Shown here: piece after piece, positions 1-13,327 of the stretch | Layout of the letters: the number at the start of each line of letters is the position of its first letter | How positions within the stretch are numbered: position 1 is the first letter of the stretch | From: Nitrosopumilaceae archaeon | GTDB taxonomy: Archaea; Thermoproteota; Nitrososphaeria; Nitrososphaerales; Nitrosopumilaceae | Direction of reading: 5' to 3' | NCBI GenBank assembly: GCA_965207375.1 | Contig: CBDBMG010000001.1 | Location: 64,001-128,000, forward strand | Length of the DNA stretch: 64,000 nucleotides | Made by a program: the position numbers and the translations under genes | Notes under the pieces: model-generated | What the model was told of the DNA's origin: nothing | What the model saw: only the letters and a program-made list of their open reading frames with translations | Databases searched by the model: none

Positions 1-418
1 ATGCAACATTCCATGAAGCGATTTGTAACTATAAAACGACAGGCGCGCATTATTGTACCTGTTTACACCTTGTATGGAATGTTGTGGTTACGCTGAAATA
101 GGTTTACGCATTCCAATTGATAGAGAAGAAAGTAATAAAAGGAAGGATAAAAGAATCACCATGGCGTAGTAGGAAAATTGTCTTCGGAACAACAGATTCG
201 TAAATTCGACGCAGTAACCTGTTGTTTTGTGTAATTTTTGGAGCCCTACACCTAGCGCAACCCGGTCTTACAGCAGGCTGGCTGGCAGGCTGGCAGGCAG
301 ATGAAATCCAGGTGATTTTCAAAATTTTTAAATTCATTATAGATCAAAATAATCAACATTTTGCTTTGTTAAACAAATATAAAGCATTATTATAGCTGTG
401 CTAGTGCATTTAAGTCGG
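1..418 (-). mobile_element. Fragment of unclassified repeat family E (runs off window start)
   Basis: Reverse complement matches ~56690-57105, the interior of the family E copy at 56555-57970. Confidence 0.8.
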
Positions 419-543
419 TCGCGCCTGGTTTCTTAAAAGGGTAGCGTTAGGTACAGGCCGAATGCCGCAATTACTAACTTTAATTATTTTGATAGGCGCT
501 TGTGATAGACTTTGAGCAACAACGGTTGTAGCCCCATTGTAGC

Positions 544-638
544 TAGTCTGGCGTAGCCAGCCCCCATGTGTGAGCATCAGCGAGCGCCCCATCAAATAAA
601 TTAGCGAGCGCATAAAAGGGTCTGGCAACGCCAGACTA
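544..638. mobile_element. 95-bp MITE, TIR TAGTCTGGCG, 9-bp TSD
   Basis: TAGTCTGGCG...CGCCAGACTA flanked by CATTGTAGC at 535-543 and 639-647. Confidence 0.85.
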
Positions 639-1055
639 CATTGTAGCCTGGACATGATAGCTGATTACTGAGCTGCTAGCTAGCTGACAAGTTTTAACGA
701 CGGCAGGCCGGGCGAATTTGTTGGGCCCACTTTGGCTTGCGGCTTGGATTAATTCGTTTGGATACTAATGAAAACGATTCAATGAAAACAGCTGGAAGTG
801 TGCGGTGTTTTCCCCACATGATGTTGCCATTTCTACCTTGAAGATTACGGAGTGCTTGTCTATAACGTTGCAGCTTTTGTCTCTTCCAGTCGCTTTATAC
901 CAGCGTGTTTGAGATGATGGCTATTAAAGCAGACGTTTAACTGCACAACTTTTCAAAAGTCCATGCCTCACGTGAGTCGCTCAACATGCTACCATAGATA
1001 AACTGTTCAGTTTTATATACGACCAATTTAAGGGTTTATATATCTTGGCCATTGC

Positions 1056-1981
1056 CAGGGGCGTAGGGAGGGGGGTTTCCTTGGGTTCAGGAAACCCCCT
1101 TCAAGTTCAGTACATAACACAACTTGGTGAAATTACACCAGTGATATTACAAATGATATAAATGACCAAACCTTTGAGGCTCAATATATATAGTCTTGGT
1201 ACGTATATAATTACTTACTTGCTTTAAACTTTCTATCAACCTTCTGTATCAGAATGGAACATCGCCATTTACGGGGTGTGCATTATTTAGAATTTACATG
1301 TGTATTTAATTATGAAGCGCCAGATGACTCTAGATGGGTTTAGTTTTGTGAAAACTAAGCAAAGGTATGAAATTCATATATATACATATTGAATTCTATT
1401 GTGTTTCTTTGTATGCATGTTGTTCCATGGGTTAATTGTTTTAAAGCACGATATTGAACTTACTAACTGAGTACCTAGCTAAGCAATTTCAGTCAGCTAG
1501 CTACAAAAGATCCTTTTTAGTACAGGCTTATTAAAAAGTAATCATAAGCCTGTAAAGGAATACTTTTGTAGCTGGCAGGCTGGAATTGCAGAATTGCGAT
1601 ATGATGGTACTGCCAGTAACTTCATATGAAGCAGAGCGTTCTTTCAGTACTTTGCGTAGACTGAAGACTTATCTCCACACTACAATGAGCCAAAAAAGAT
1701 TAAATGGCTTAGCTTTACTAAATGTATATAAGTCTACCACATACATACCATCTACAATGAAAATTAGAACTGAATTTTAGAAGCATAGGTGTTTAATGGA
1801 ATCCAAATCTTTGTAGGTAGCTAGCTAATTAACTATATCATTAATACATTCACTGTAATCATGCAGGAGCTAGATACACACAAACATTATTTTACATCTG
1901 ATTATATTTGATAATTCGTCAGCGTCTGGGATCTATACTCCCAGTGGAAACCCCCTTTATAAAATCCTGGCTACGCCCCTG
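1056..1981 (+). mobile_element. Internally deleted hAT transposon retaining a C-terminal dimerization-domain fragment
   Basis: TIRs CAGGGGCGTAG/CTACGCCCCTG flanked by CATTGC. ORF 1586-1780 (PVTSYEAERSFSTLRRLKTYL...RLNGLALL) is the typical hAT dimerization motif. Confidence 0.85.
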
Positions 1982-3442
1982 CATTGCAGTAATATGACTT
2001 CACCAACAAAGGTTGTAATTATGTAACACTATAACACTTATTTTTGTAGGTACTGTTCAGTCTTGTGTTCAGTATGATGTTCCGGGATAAAACTGTTCAT
2101 CATTGTATGATTGTACTGGCACATTGAAATAAAGATGTAAACAATGTGCAACCAGTTTGAAAGTATCACTACGGAAGTCAAGGAACCAGATTCCCAAGAA
2201 GCAAGAACAAAATTGAGTATAGAAACAAGGGAACATGGACAAGAGCATAGCCAGATCCAAGCGCGAAGTGTAACGATCACAGATGTTCTTGTGCAATTGG
2301 AATGCAATTATGTTTATTATTATAGTTCAATTGTCATAAATTTAGCAAATACTGTGATCTGATTGGTGATTTTATAATACTGCTATCTAATTGGTGCTGT
2401 GACTATAGTTGCAATGACACCCGTGATTGTCACCAGACCCTACATGAGACTAGACAAGATTAATCTTAATGTTGATACTGTGCATGTGCATGTGGAATCA
2501 TAGTGAACTGTTTAACTATTGTTATATTGTGTGTTACCATTCCAGGTACTATAATACGTACTTAGATCCATCTTATACCCCACAAATATTGCCTGTATTT
2601 CAGTAAAATCTGTAATTCATAAAATCAGACACAATATAAAGAATTACAAATATTGTATAGCACAAAATTTTTTATGGGAAATGAAGTCTTACCCCTATGT
2701 ATAGTTGCATAGTTCTTATACAAACTTGATGGGCGGAACATTGACAAATTGACAGAAAATTTCCCTATTGAAATTTTTCACTTATCATGCTGGTCCTGAA
2801 TATCCTTGTATCATCCACCACTCATCTTCTTGTGACAGTATATCATCAGGTAAAGTTGCACATGTTGAAGCCTTGAAGTTCAAGTTCAACTTCATGATGC
2901 ATAAGACTTTGGCCATAATAGTTAAACTGTTCTTTTACAGCAAAAATCTTCACAGCTATGTATCCAACCCTAGTTTTGTTGAATGGCTTGACAGGACCTG
3001 AAAAACCCAAGTGTTGATATTAAATGTTACACATACCCAACACTGCATGATTTGCTGGTGGACCGTCATTACACATGTACGGACACGCACACAAAAGCTA
3101 GCCAACAGTAAAAGGTTGTTGCTATAATAGTGGTTAGGCAATGGTAAGACGTTGAAATACTCACGTGAGGCATGGATTTTTGAAAGTTGTGCAGTCACTG
3201 CAGTGAAACATGCTTTAATAATCATCATCTCAAACACGCTGATATAAAGCGATCGGAAAACAATACGTTATAGTCAAAGGCTCCGTAATCATCAAGGAAC
3301 AAATGGGAAGGTGAGTTGATTAACAAATCAATCAATCGATCAAATCAAGAATTACAAACGCCTGTAGAAATAAATTAAGTAAGTTTTACGGTAGAAACCG
3401 ATTTCCGGTTGCGGCATTGGGCCTGTACCTAACGCTACCCTT

Positions 3443-4175
<733 letters not shown>

Positions 4176-4241
4176 CACATTGCAGACCCTACCTCACGTG
4201 ACCTCTGCTTCTGATAATTTCGCTCGATCCTTACATTGAAC

Positions 4242-6093
4242 ATGTTGCGAATTGACCTTGTGCTAATAGTAGCAATATTTACTACTATTGTACAATGTCA
4301 GATAATGACGTTACTCAACTCTACTTCATCCTACCTTATGTACGAAGGATTAGTAATTGAGCCGGAGGGCGCCGTCACGTTAACTCTCAGAACCTACCAG
4401 TTAAATGCTACTGTGTTGTATATACAAGGAGTCGATGAGACATTCGTTTATCTACATCTAGTGAATGGTAGAATGAGTCTTGCAGTAAATGATGGCAACG
4501 GCACGAAAACGAGATCTTTGCCTAACCCGTACAATACTAAGAGTGCAGATGAAATTTACCACTGGAATGATAAAACTTATGGGTAACAGCGGCACGGAGA
4601 GTGTAAATATTAGCAGACAAGTGGAGATCATGTCACCCATCTTTATTGGAGGTATACCAGATACGCCTCCATTTTCAATTACCAATGACCTAGTGATGAA
4701 TAATGCCCACTTAGTGGGTTGTGTGAGACGTGTACAGCTGAGCAATGGAACTACAGATACAGATAGTGCAGATGCTACAGAACGTAGTAGGGATATAGAG
4801 GATGACTGTACTCTAGCATGTCGAATGTTAGACTGTAGCCCAGAAGTGGATAGTGAAGGCCAATGTATAGAGTATTATACTCATGGAATATGTAACTGCA
4901 GAGTAGTGTTTGATAGTGAGGGGTCTTGGTGTAATGGTAAGTTGAGAATTATGTTGCAATGTACTGTGATATTCTGTTATTAGAGACGGTAGCTATTACA
5001 GCATTTGATGGGTTGAGTTATAAATGTTACACTCTACCTCAGTATGATAGTCCATTTGTTGAAGATGAAAGTATTACACTATTTGCAAGAACTCCGCCAC
5101 CTAGTGGTACCTTGATGACTGGATGGAGAGGAGACTATCATTTCTCTTTATATATTAAAGAGCATATACTTCATTATGAAGCATGGCAAGGTAATAAAAG
5201 CATCGTTAACGTCACCTCTACTCAAGATATTGGGGTTGGAACATTTGAAGTTTATCGAACTGTTGATATTATCGAGTTCAACATAATTGATGAGACAAAT
5301 TTTAGAACACCATTTGCCACAGGAAATATTACTTTACGAGAATTTGATTATGTTCGATTCCTTGATATTTGTGTAGGTGGTGCTACCTTAAAGAGTCCCC
5401 TTTATTCTGGTCCTTTACAAGAAGTATATTATAATCTTTACCATCTGTCAAGTAATGGTTTTAATGAGAGAGATGTTTCAAGAGTTGATAGAGTAAATTT
5501 TGTTGATTCTAATGCTCGGATTATGTTACCAGGCAACCTAGGAGATGGATTAACTACTCACATTGAATTACAATTTCGTACAGCACAACAAAATGCTATA
5601 TTGTTACATGCCGAGAGTGGAAACAATTTCTTCCGTGTTGCTATCAACAATTCTAAAGTGTATATAAGCTTGCTAGTTGATGATAGGGCTTACAGTAGCA
5701 GCTGTAACCTTGCCATTACTCCGACTAACTGGTACTCACTAAGTGTAGAGCCTATAGTTGGGTCAGACAGTAGTGATGGAGTTAGTATTACAGTAAGCAG
5801 TCCTCATGCTAGCACTCGGTGTGGAGTTACATCACTTATTGCAGTCTTCAGCTCTACATCTGTAGTAGTTGGGGGTGAGGCTGGAGGTGTAGATGGGTTG
5901 ATGGGATGTGTGGAGTTGATGTTGAACATGGAACCACTAAGCTTGGGGGCTGTCCTTAGTGACATAATACGAACAAATGGTTGTCAAGCTTGTGACATAG
6001 CAACCCCTTGTCTAAATGGAGGGAAGTGTCAACCTCTTGATGATCATACCTTTAACTGTAGCTGTATAGATCCTTACCATGGTGATTATTGTG
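4242..6093 (+). pseudogene. Secreted/cell-surface laminin G + EGF protein (neurexin/Crumbs-like architecture), one frameshift; 3' end uncertain
   Basis: Signal peptide MLRIDLVLIVAIFTTIVQC. LamG motifs (LTLRT, IFIGGIP...LVGCVRRV; LQFRTAQQNAILL; VVVGG...LMGCV) and EGF (CLNGGKC...CSC...YHGDYC). Exons 4242-4936 and 4984-6093 with a 47-bp GT-AG phase-1 intron. Frame switches near 4520. Confidence 0.75.
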
Positions 6094-6192
6094 GTAAGCA
6101 TTATCTTCATACTAACATCTTGAGGCATATGTACAGTCCCCATGTAGTGTAGTATGTGGTGGTTGTGTTTCACGTGAATGAGTGATTACTAA

Positions 6193-6498
6193 GGGGGCAT
6201 CTCCAAACTGAATTTAGTACGCTTAACGTCATAATGACGTTTAGAGGGGGGTTTCAGACCGTGACGTTATTAATTTAAATACTTTATATGTATGTATATT
6301 GTATGTATGTATGTATATATTTTGTATGTATACTTTATATATTGTATGTATGTATGCCTTACTGGGTAAAATATTAAATAACATGATTTTGTGCCAATAC
6401 ATTGTTTTACTAGCATGACATTAAGGAGGGGGAGGGGGATCAAATAGTTAGTGTCACAATGACGTTAAGTGTACTAAATTCAGTTTGGAGATGCCCCC
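6193..6498. mobile_element. PIF/Harbinger-type MITE
   Basis: ~40-bp TIR GGGGGCATCTCCAAACTGAATTTAGTAC with TAA on both sides. Confidence 0.85.
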
Positions 6499-7029
6499 TA
6501 ACATTGTGGTCATACTGTCCCCCACATGACTTCTTGTGTTACAATCATGTCAATCAATAATATGAGCAATAGACATGATGGGAGGGCTTTATTGCATTAT
6601 ATGATGGAATCCTTCTAAAATAAATAAGTATCATTACTAGTTAGTTGCTCGCTATATTTGTCCAGAACTTCTACTAAACTGACAAGACTCTGAAAAGTAA
6701 TCCTTTGCGCCAAAATCTGAAGACTGTTCTGGTACCTGTATGTGAGCTGTCCATTAGCACCCGGCATTGATTGCAGACCTGCGTATGTTGGCTCCCGCAG
6801 TCCATTAATAATGCCCCAGTGCTTAAAATCATACCTGGCGCATAAATAATTAATTGATATGTCTAAATGGCAATGTTGGGTCAAGATTCTTTCGATTTCT
6901 TCTGTCTTTGGGCATCCTAGTACTAGGTAAGTTATTGCAGCTACGCGTATGAGTCACGAGGCCAAGAAGAAGCAGGCCATACGCGACGAACAAGTGAGTT
7001 ATTTACACATAGCACTGCTGTGAAATTTG

Positions 7030-7269
7030 CGAGGGGTCCGACACAATTTCAAATCTTGTTGATGGTTTGCCTTGATTTCAAATCACAAATCATGAAAACC
7101 TTCCGTAATTATTGTAAATTCTTGTCAATATTAGCTCAATAGATTTACATTATCAAAATATATTTCAAAATACAAAGTAAATACTTTGAAATGTAAAATA
7201 TATACAAATCAAATCACCCCCAAATCAATTAAGGATTTCAAATCTTGTCAATCAAATTCAGACCCCTCG
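7030..7269. mobile_element. MITE with 8-bp TSD (hAT/P-like)
   Basis: TIR CGAGGGGTC/GACCCCTCG; TSD GAAATTTG at 7022-7029 and 7270-7277. Confidence 0.85.
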
Positions 7270-9287
7270 GAAATTTGTTAACGTTCTAAATAAGCCGCCA
7301 TTAAAGTTATCGTTTAGGTATTAAGGGCTCAGTATGTTCTAGCTATATAGAATCAGTAACCCGACAATGGAGGAACTGAATCGGCGCCACTACGAGTTTT
7401 ATGGCGCCCATTCGTGCGCCCACGCTTGAAAAACCATCCTTTTGGCGTCCATTCACCCGTTTACTAGACAAATAGTACCTTTAGTGTGTGAAGAATTGTT
7501 GACGTGAAGTTCATCAACATTGGTCACGTCTAACTTCTACAACAGCCATACAAAGTCCTTCCTGTCATCAAAAAATTTTTTACACGGCTTGTGTGACCCG
7601 GCATGAATCCCAGAATTTATATTTGAAACACTCATTTAGTACATACACTTGTTTGTCTAATAACTCACTCATTTCTGCAGGATTTCGACCAAATTTGTAT
7701 CAACACTTCTCCTATATGTAGCTATGCTCTACCAGACAATTAACTTTCAGCATAAAGCAAATTTAATACCTCAATGTATTTGAGAGATAATTTTACACTG
7801 CATGTTGGTAGGTTCCAAAACTCGGACCCCATCTAAATCATTTGAATGAAATTTCAGATACACGAACTATATTGAAATATCAGTCTTCAGGATAAGTTTA
7901 AAGAATTATGGCACTTCTGTTTGTCAAAATTAGGCTTTAACCATTTCATTCATGTTTATGTGTCATGATAATTATACCAAACAATAATAGGTGAACAATG
8001 GCCACACATTATAAATAGGAGACCACTGTCACTGTTAGTGTATACAAAATTTTGTTTAAGACATTATAATATTGTCTTCTCCTGTAGATTGATCAACAGT
8101 AGAGGATGGCAATTATGATGTCGCACGTGCTACACATGACTGAGCCTTCATTGAAGTTGTCAACTGTTTTCCAGCTACATATAGCTAACAATTGCATTAA
8201 TAACACATACTTTATATGTTCATTAGCTACTTGGGGGAAATACAAGGGAAACATCCAAAGTATTAACTTGCTCCTCCCCGTTAAAATTTAATTACTCTGC
8301 ATGCATATTTTATATAAGGTTTCTTGTCAAGACTTGTTTATAATATATAATCTGTTTTGAATACTTACAAAAAGCAGTGATATGTACAAAAACAGCCTGG
8401 CTGTAAAAGAGTGTGAGGCCAATCAGAAGCCACAATGGTTATAAGCGACCAAAAACTCTGATATCAAGTAGCTAAGGCCAAGAATTTGCATTAAGAATCC
8501 TTTTACTTGAATGACGTACAATAATTTACAGGGCATTTTCACAACTATGATTGGCTTTGTCACTTGGCCACCTTTTTGTACCATCATCTTTTATATAGCT
8601 GTACGTAGCTATAAAGTGGCCATGCAAGTGACAAAGCCAATCGTAGTTGTGAAATTGTCCTGTAAACTATTGTATGTCATTAATCCCCAATAATTGTCAT
8701 TCTATGTCACGGTTTCTAGTTATAAGGTAGAAGGTGCCACGCTATCTGAGAAATAATAGGGGGCATAGTGCCCGGAATAGCCAACTCTCACGTGATATGA
8801 ATAGCTTATCTTTATGAAGAATCTGCAGCCTATTGCCAATCGTAAATGCTTTTTAATGATGCCCTATATTTTGTCCCTCTCACCTACACATTGTGGTACC
8901 GTACATTTTGCAGTCTTTATATACAAAGGGTTTAAGGCTTTGCTTACTAATAACTACTAGAGCTGAGGTTATGCTGGTGTTCAAATGTTATATTTTATAA
9001 TTCACATTTTAGCAGAATCCAATCAGTTGCCTTACCATTCAGTTCAGCCGTACTGCATGCCCGTTAGAATGTCTAATAGCTAGCTATATAGCTACAGTAG
9101 AAAATAGCCTCAATGCAGCAAAATATGTAAAAGCTTCAAATAGAATTTGTAGCATGGATTGCTCTATATAGCTTGAGTTTAGGGCTCAAATATTCTTGAT
9201 CCTACGTAACTGAATTAAGCAATCTCAGTTCCAATGTGATAAACAATGTACACTAATTTTAAGGAATTATAAGTTACAAGTTGTTTT

Positions 9288-10140
9288 TAAACCAACCAAA
9301 CAAGTCCTACTGCCTTTCAGTTTCTCTGTATGGCACTTGCTATCAATATTGTTGATGGGCGGGGCCTTAGTAACCAAGTTAGTAACGTAGCGCGTCGTGT
9401 GTTACTTTCAAAGAAGAGCGCCGTTTAACCAGTTGTACATTACTAACAAGACGGAGGGCTTTAGTTTTATAAGTGGGTGGTGCCGTGCGGGTTGCGGAGC
9501 CGCTTATAAAAGAAGACTGGCCTATAGTGTTACAGTAAGAATTTCGGCATAAAACTTTCAAAAAGTTTTATCACTAAAGTACTGGAGTACAAAGCGGGTT
9601 TAAACAGTAGAATTAAATTCGCATGCGTTGCTATGTATTCCTTAGTGATGAGTCTCAGTTTCTCTTTACGGCACTTGCTATCGATACTGTTGATGGGCGG
9701 GGCCTTAGTAACTGAGTTAGTAATGTAGCGCGTCGTGTGTTACTTCAAAGAAGAGCAAGGTAATGCTGTATTTGCTGTCCATTACACGGTAAAAACCGTT
9801 TAACCAGTTGTACATTACTAACAAGATGGAGGGCTTTAGTTTTATAAGTGGGCGTGCCGTGCAGGTTGCGGAGCTTATAAAAGAAGACTGGCCTATAGTG
9901 TTACAGTAAGAATTTCGGCATAAAACTTTCAAAAAGTTTTATCACTAAAGTACTGGAGTACAAAGCGGGTTTAAACAGTAGAATTAAATTCGCATGCGTT
10001 GCTATGTGTTCCTTAGTGATGAGTCTCTGCTCACGTGACTTACTGCTGAGGTCATTAAGGGCTATTACAATACATTAGATTAACAGTGGTTTAACTTACA
10101 CAAAGCGCCTGGTTTTTAGATGGTAATACGTCAACTTGTT
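9288..10140 (+). mobile_element. Family A (HINE-like) element with internal head-to-tail duplication
   Basis: Core repeated at ~9317-9655 and ~9656-10025; family 3' end GCGCCTGGTTTTTAGATGGTAATACGTCAACTTGTT. Confidence 0.8.
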
Positions 10141-10225
10141 TCAGCTAAAGCATATTGTAAGGTGGTTTCTAAACATGGGAAAAATCTGCATTCCGTACAT
10201 TCCTTATCGATCCCGTACTTAATTA
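10141..10225 (-). mobile_element. 5' terminal fragment of family E
   Basis: Matches reverse complement of 56585-56690 and forward 16840-16944. Confidence 0.7.
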
Positions 10226-10344
10226 TATCATACTATTTTATGGAGTAATAATGGTGTGTAAAAGTACTTACACACCATTATTATAATTCCTACACTCCAT
10301 AAAATAGTATGAGCTAGTTTTATTATGTAATAATGGAATACATT

Positions 10345-10560
10345 ATATTGAATCATATTCAGTATGAACTCATACCTTACCCATATGAATAACTACTACC
10401 TCCCATCACTACTTTAATTAATAATTAGTTACTGCTGTTAAGACCGATAATCAAATAAACTGATATTGTGATAACCGATATATCGGCTATGAAAATCACC
10501 GATACTGATACCGATAGAGTTAATCATTCTAACTCTAGATATTCAGTCACTATACAAGAT
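10345..10560 (+). repeat. Dispersed duplicate of 24780-25010
   Basis: TGAATCATATTC...GATACTGATACCGATA...ACTCTAGATATTC shared by both sites. Confidence 0.8.
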
Positions 10561-10770
10561 CTAACGACATGCTAGTAACTGGAAACACTTGTTTTGCTGC
10601 TTTAATGTGGACTAAAATTTTAAACTGTTTGTTCAGTAATCTTATCATTGAATAAACATAACTGTGAACTTTGGAAAAAACATGTCCCCTTAAAATAATA
10701 GCTACTTTCATATTTAATAATGCAACACTACAACACTTGTATAGTTACAAGTTAGCTAATTATTATACTA

Positions 10771-11448
10771 TAGTTGGTTCGCGTTCACTGTGCGGTCGCC
10801 TTTTTTTTAATAACTTCCGGTAGAAACACGCTAGAATAAAAAAATTTATATTGTCGTGAAGCCCTTAAAATGCCGGAGAGGATGAAACAAGAAGTGCTTC
10901 AGCTGGAGCCAGCGCTTGGGAGTTATCGAGCTTTTAAGTTTTCCCATACATTTCCTATGGAGAAGCCGTTTAACTACAGTCCTTTAAAGTTACCGAACTG
11001 ACACATGTTTGTGACGTATTTGTGATAAAGTCGCGCCAATGTGTCGTCAGTAATAATACATTTTCGTCGCTAATGGTGAATTGTTCGCTTGAAGATACCT
11101 CTAAAGGTACAGTAAATATATTGAAACCATAGCGCTATACATAGAAAGACTTGCCAATTCATTTTAATTTTATCGTGCGCACTAAAACTTATTTAACCTC
11201 GCCATTCTTGGTTTATCGATATATGTTTCAGTAAAAACATACTTGTTATCACTCCAAAAGTGCTTTTCTTTCTTTAAAACAGTATAGCACGAGTCTTAGT
11301 GAAGACGCCATTTTTGTAAACGTGAGCCATTGTGCGCCCATATTTCGCATAATTAAATAATGACGTAGAAAACATATGTCTAAAACACTTTGATCTTAAA
11401 TGGCTTCATTTCAGCTAGCTCAACAGCAAAGTGAACGCGAACCAACTA
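10771..11448. mobile_element. MITE, TIR TAGTTGGTTCGCGTTCACT
   Basis: Inverted termini at 10771 and 11448. Confidence 0.8.
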
Positions 11449-11473
11449 CATAAATGTTTTGTTCATTTTGCAG

Positions 11474-13327
11474 GTGAAGAGGAGATTTGCTCAGTTACCA
11501 GTGTTAGTGGAAAAGTTAGCCATAACAAAACAAGAAAAAGGACAAAATTCAGGTTTTCATCTGATGGTAATCCAGGAGTCACATACCAATGCAAACTTGA
11601 TGATGGCAAGTTTAAAAATTGTAAGTTTTTAACTAATATAAATTCTTATAGAACTACCTGCAAATCAGTTCAGCCAGCCAAATGTGTAGAATCTGTGACA
11701 TTCAATTTGTACAATAGCTTTGTACAAATAATAGCTATATAACTAGCTAGCTAGATCGAGTGCTGTAATTTATTGCTATCAATGCTCTGTTACCACTATA
11801 AGTGTGTTCATCATTACTGATTTTATAGCTAATCACTTTAGCAAACACATGGACAGCAAAAATGTGGGGCAGAGCACCTCTAAAAATAAATACTCTAATA
11901 AAGCAGTCATTTATCCTAATAGAACAGTTAATAGTACAAAATTTATTGCCTGGTTCCACCACCTCTAGTTTATGACAATTAACTAGGGACCCACACCATA
12001 TACTACAGCTAAACTTTCTTTGCAAATTGTTTTTCGACAGGGATCGGTTCCTCATAAGGACCCCATTAAAATTGCTTATCATTCTACACATCCTATCCTA
12101 TATCATTTTGTAGAAATACCAATACATATGAATGACAAGCACGTAGCCAGAAAATTCTGCTGGGGGGTTCTTTTGAAGAATATGTGGACCTTTTGCTACT
12201 GCAGCCAAGCCAAGTCCAAGAGCTTATATGGTGTGTGCATACTACATAGCCCACATTCATGAGGGCTTGTAAACATACAATATGTATAATATTTAAAAGT
12301 GCATTGTATTTACGTGTCCTAGGTAAACCTATAATATACTGCTGTTTATGCAGATTATTCTCTATTGCATGACTTATATATACATCATTATAATCAACAG
12401 ACAAAGGCACTATATTTGCCTGATCATGACTGGAAAATTCCAAACGCCCGCTGGACGAGCACGTGACACACTCCATAGTTTATACAACTCCTTCAGTCTT
12501 AGTAAGGCTTTCATCAAACTGGTTAGGCTATTCCCTTTTGAAGCACTGTTATATTCACAGCGACTAACTGCTTATTGGTACAGTTGTACTGCCCCGTTTC
12601 TTCGTGGTATTCATTGCTTGCTCCCCATAAAACTGACCAGACGAATTTTCCATCTATTTGAACTTGTATCCTTTGCCTCTTGTTTGAATATTTAATCGCA
12701 CGCCACCTGTAGTCCCACTCACAGTCACTGAATGCATGAACCGTCGCCATTTAATACTTTTGTTTTTGAATTTAAATCACGTGATTAATCACGTGATTAA
12801 TTTTTATAATTCGAAACCCATAATCAATTACAATGCATAAATCATGAGGCAGAGAGGCACGTTGGACTGCTGAAATATCTTGTTCAAGCCTAAAGAAAGT
12901 GAAAAGGTATATTATAATTATGGTGGGGTAGGGATTTTTTATCTTAAAAGTGGACCTTTTATTTTAAAAAGTGGACCTTTCATTACAAAATAGTGGACCT
13001 TTTATTTGTGAGGGCGGTTCGTCCGAACCTACCGAACCCCCCCTGGCTACGTGCCTGAATGACCATTTAAAATACATGAATGTTTATGTAGCTACTTCAT
13101 ATATACATAGCTAGCTAACTCTGTAATATAACTATAATATAATGTAGCTAGTTATAATAGCTATATATAGCTAGTTACATAATATTATATATTTAGGTGA
13201 AAGTCCTAAGGTTTGGAGAAAACTGAAGAGAGGAAGACATACTATTGCTGTAAGAGCCTTTTGCATTGATGATGAAGGGAAAAGATTTTCTACTGTGAGA
13301 AGAAATTTCAAATTTCGAGTTCGTTAA
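11474..13327 (+). CDS. Two terminal exons (11474-11620, 13197-13327) encoding a basic Ig-like domain; parent gene uncertain
   Basis: Phase-1 AG/GT exons join to give ...FRFSSDGNPGVTYQCKLDDGKFKNC/ESPKVWRKLKRGRHTIAVRAFC...FKFRVR*. Confidence 0.7.
12136..13057. mobile_element. hAT-type non-autonomous element in an intron
   Basis: TIRs CA(A/G)GCACGTAGCCAG/CTGGCTACGTGCCTG with an AATGAC direct repeat at the flanks. Confidence 0.75.

Noticed and set aside
8088-8130. Possible extra exon of the LamG gene after a strong acceptor
   Set aside because: Immediate TGA in the required phase and no convincing donor.
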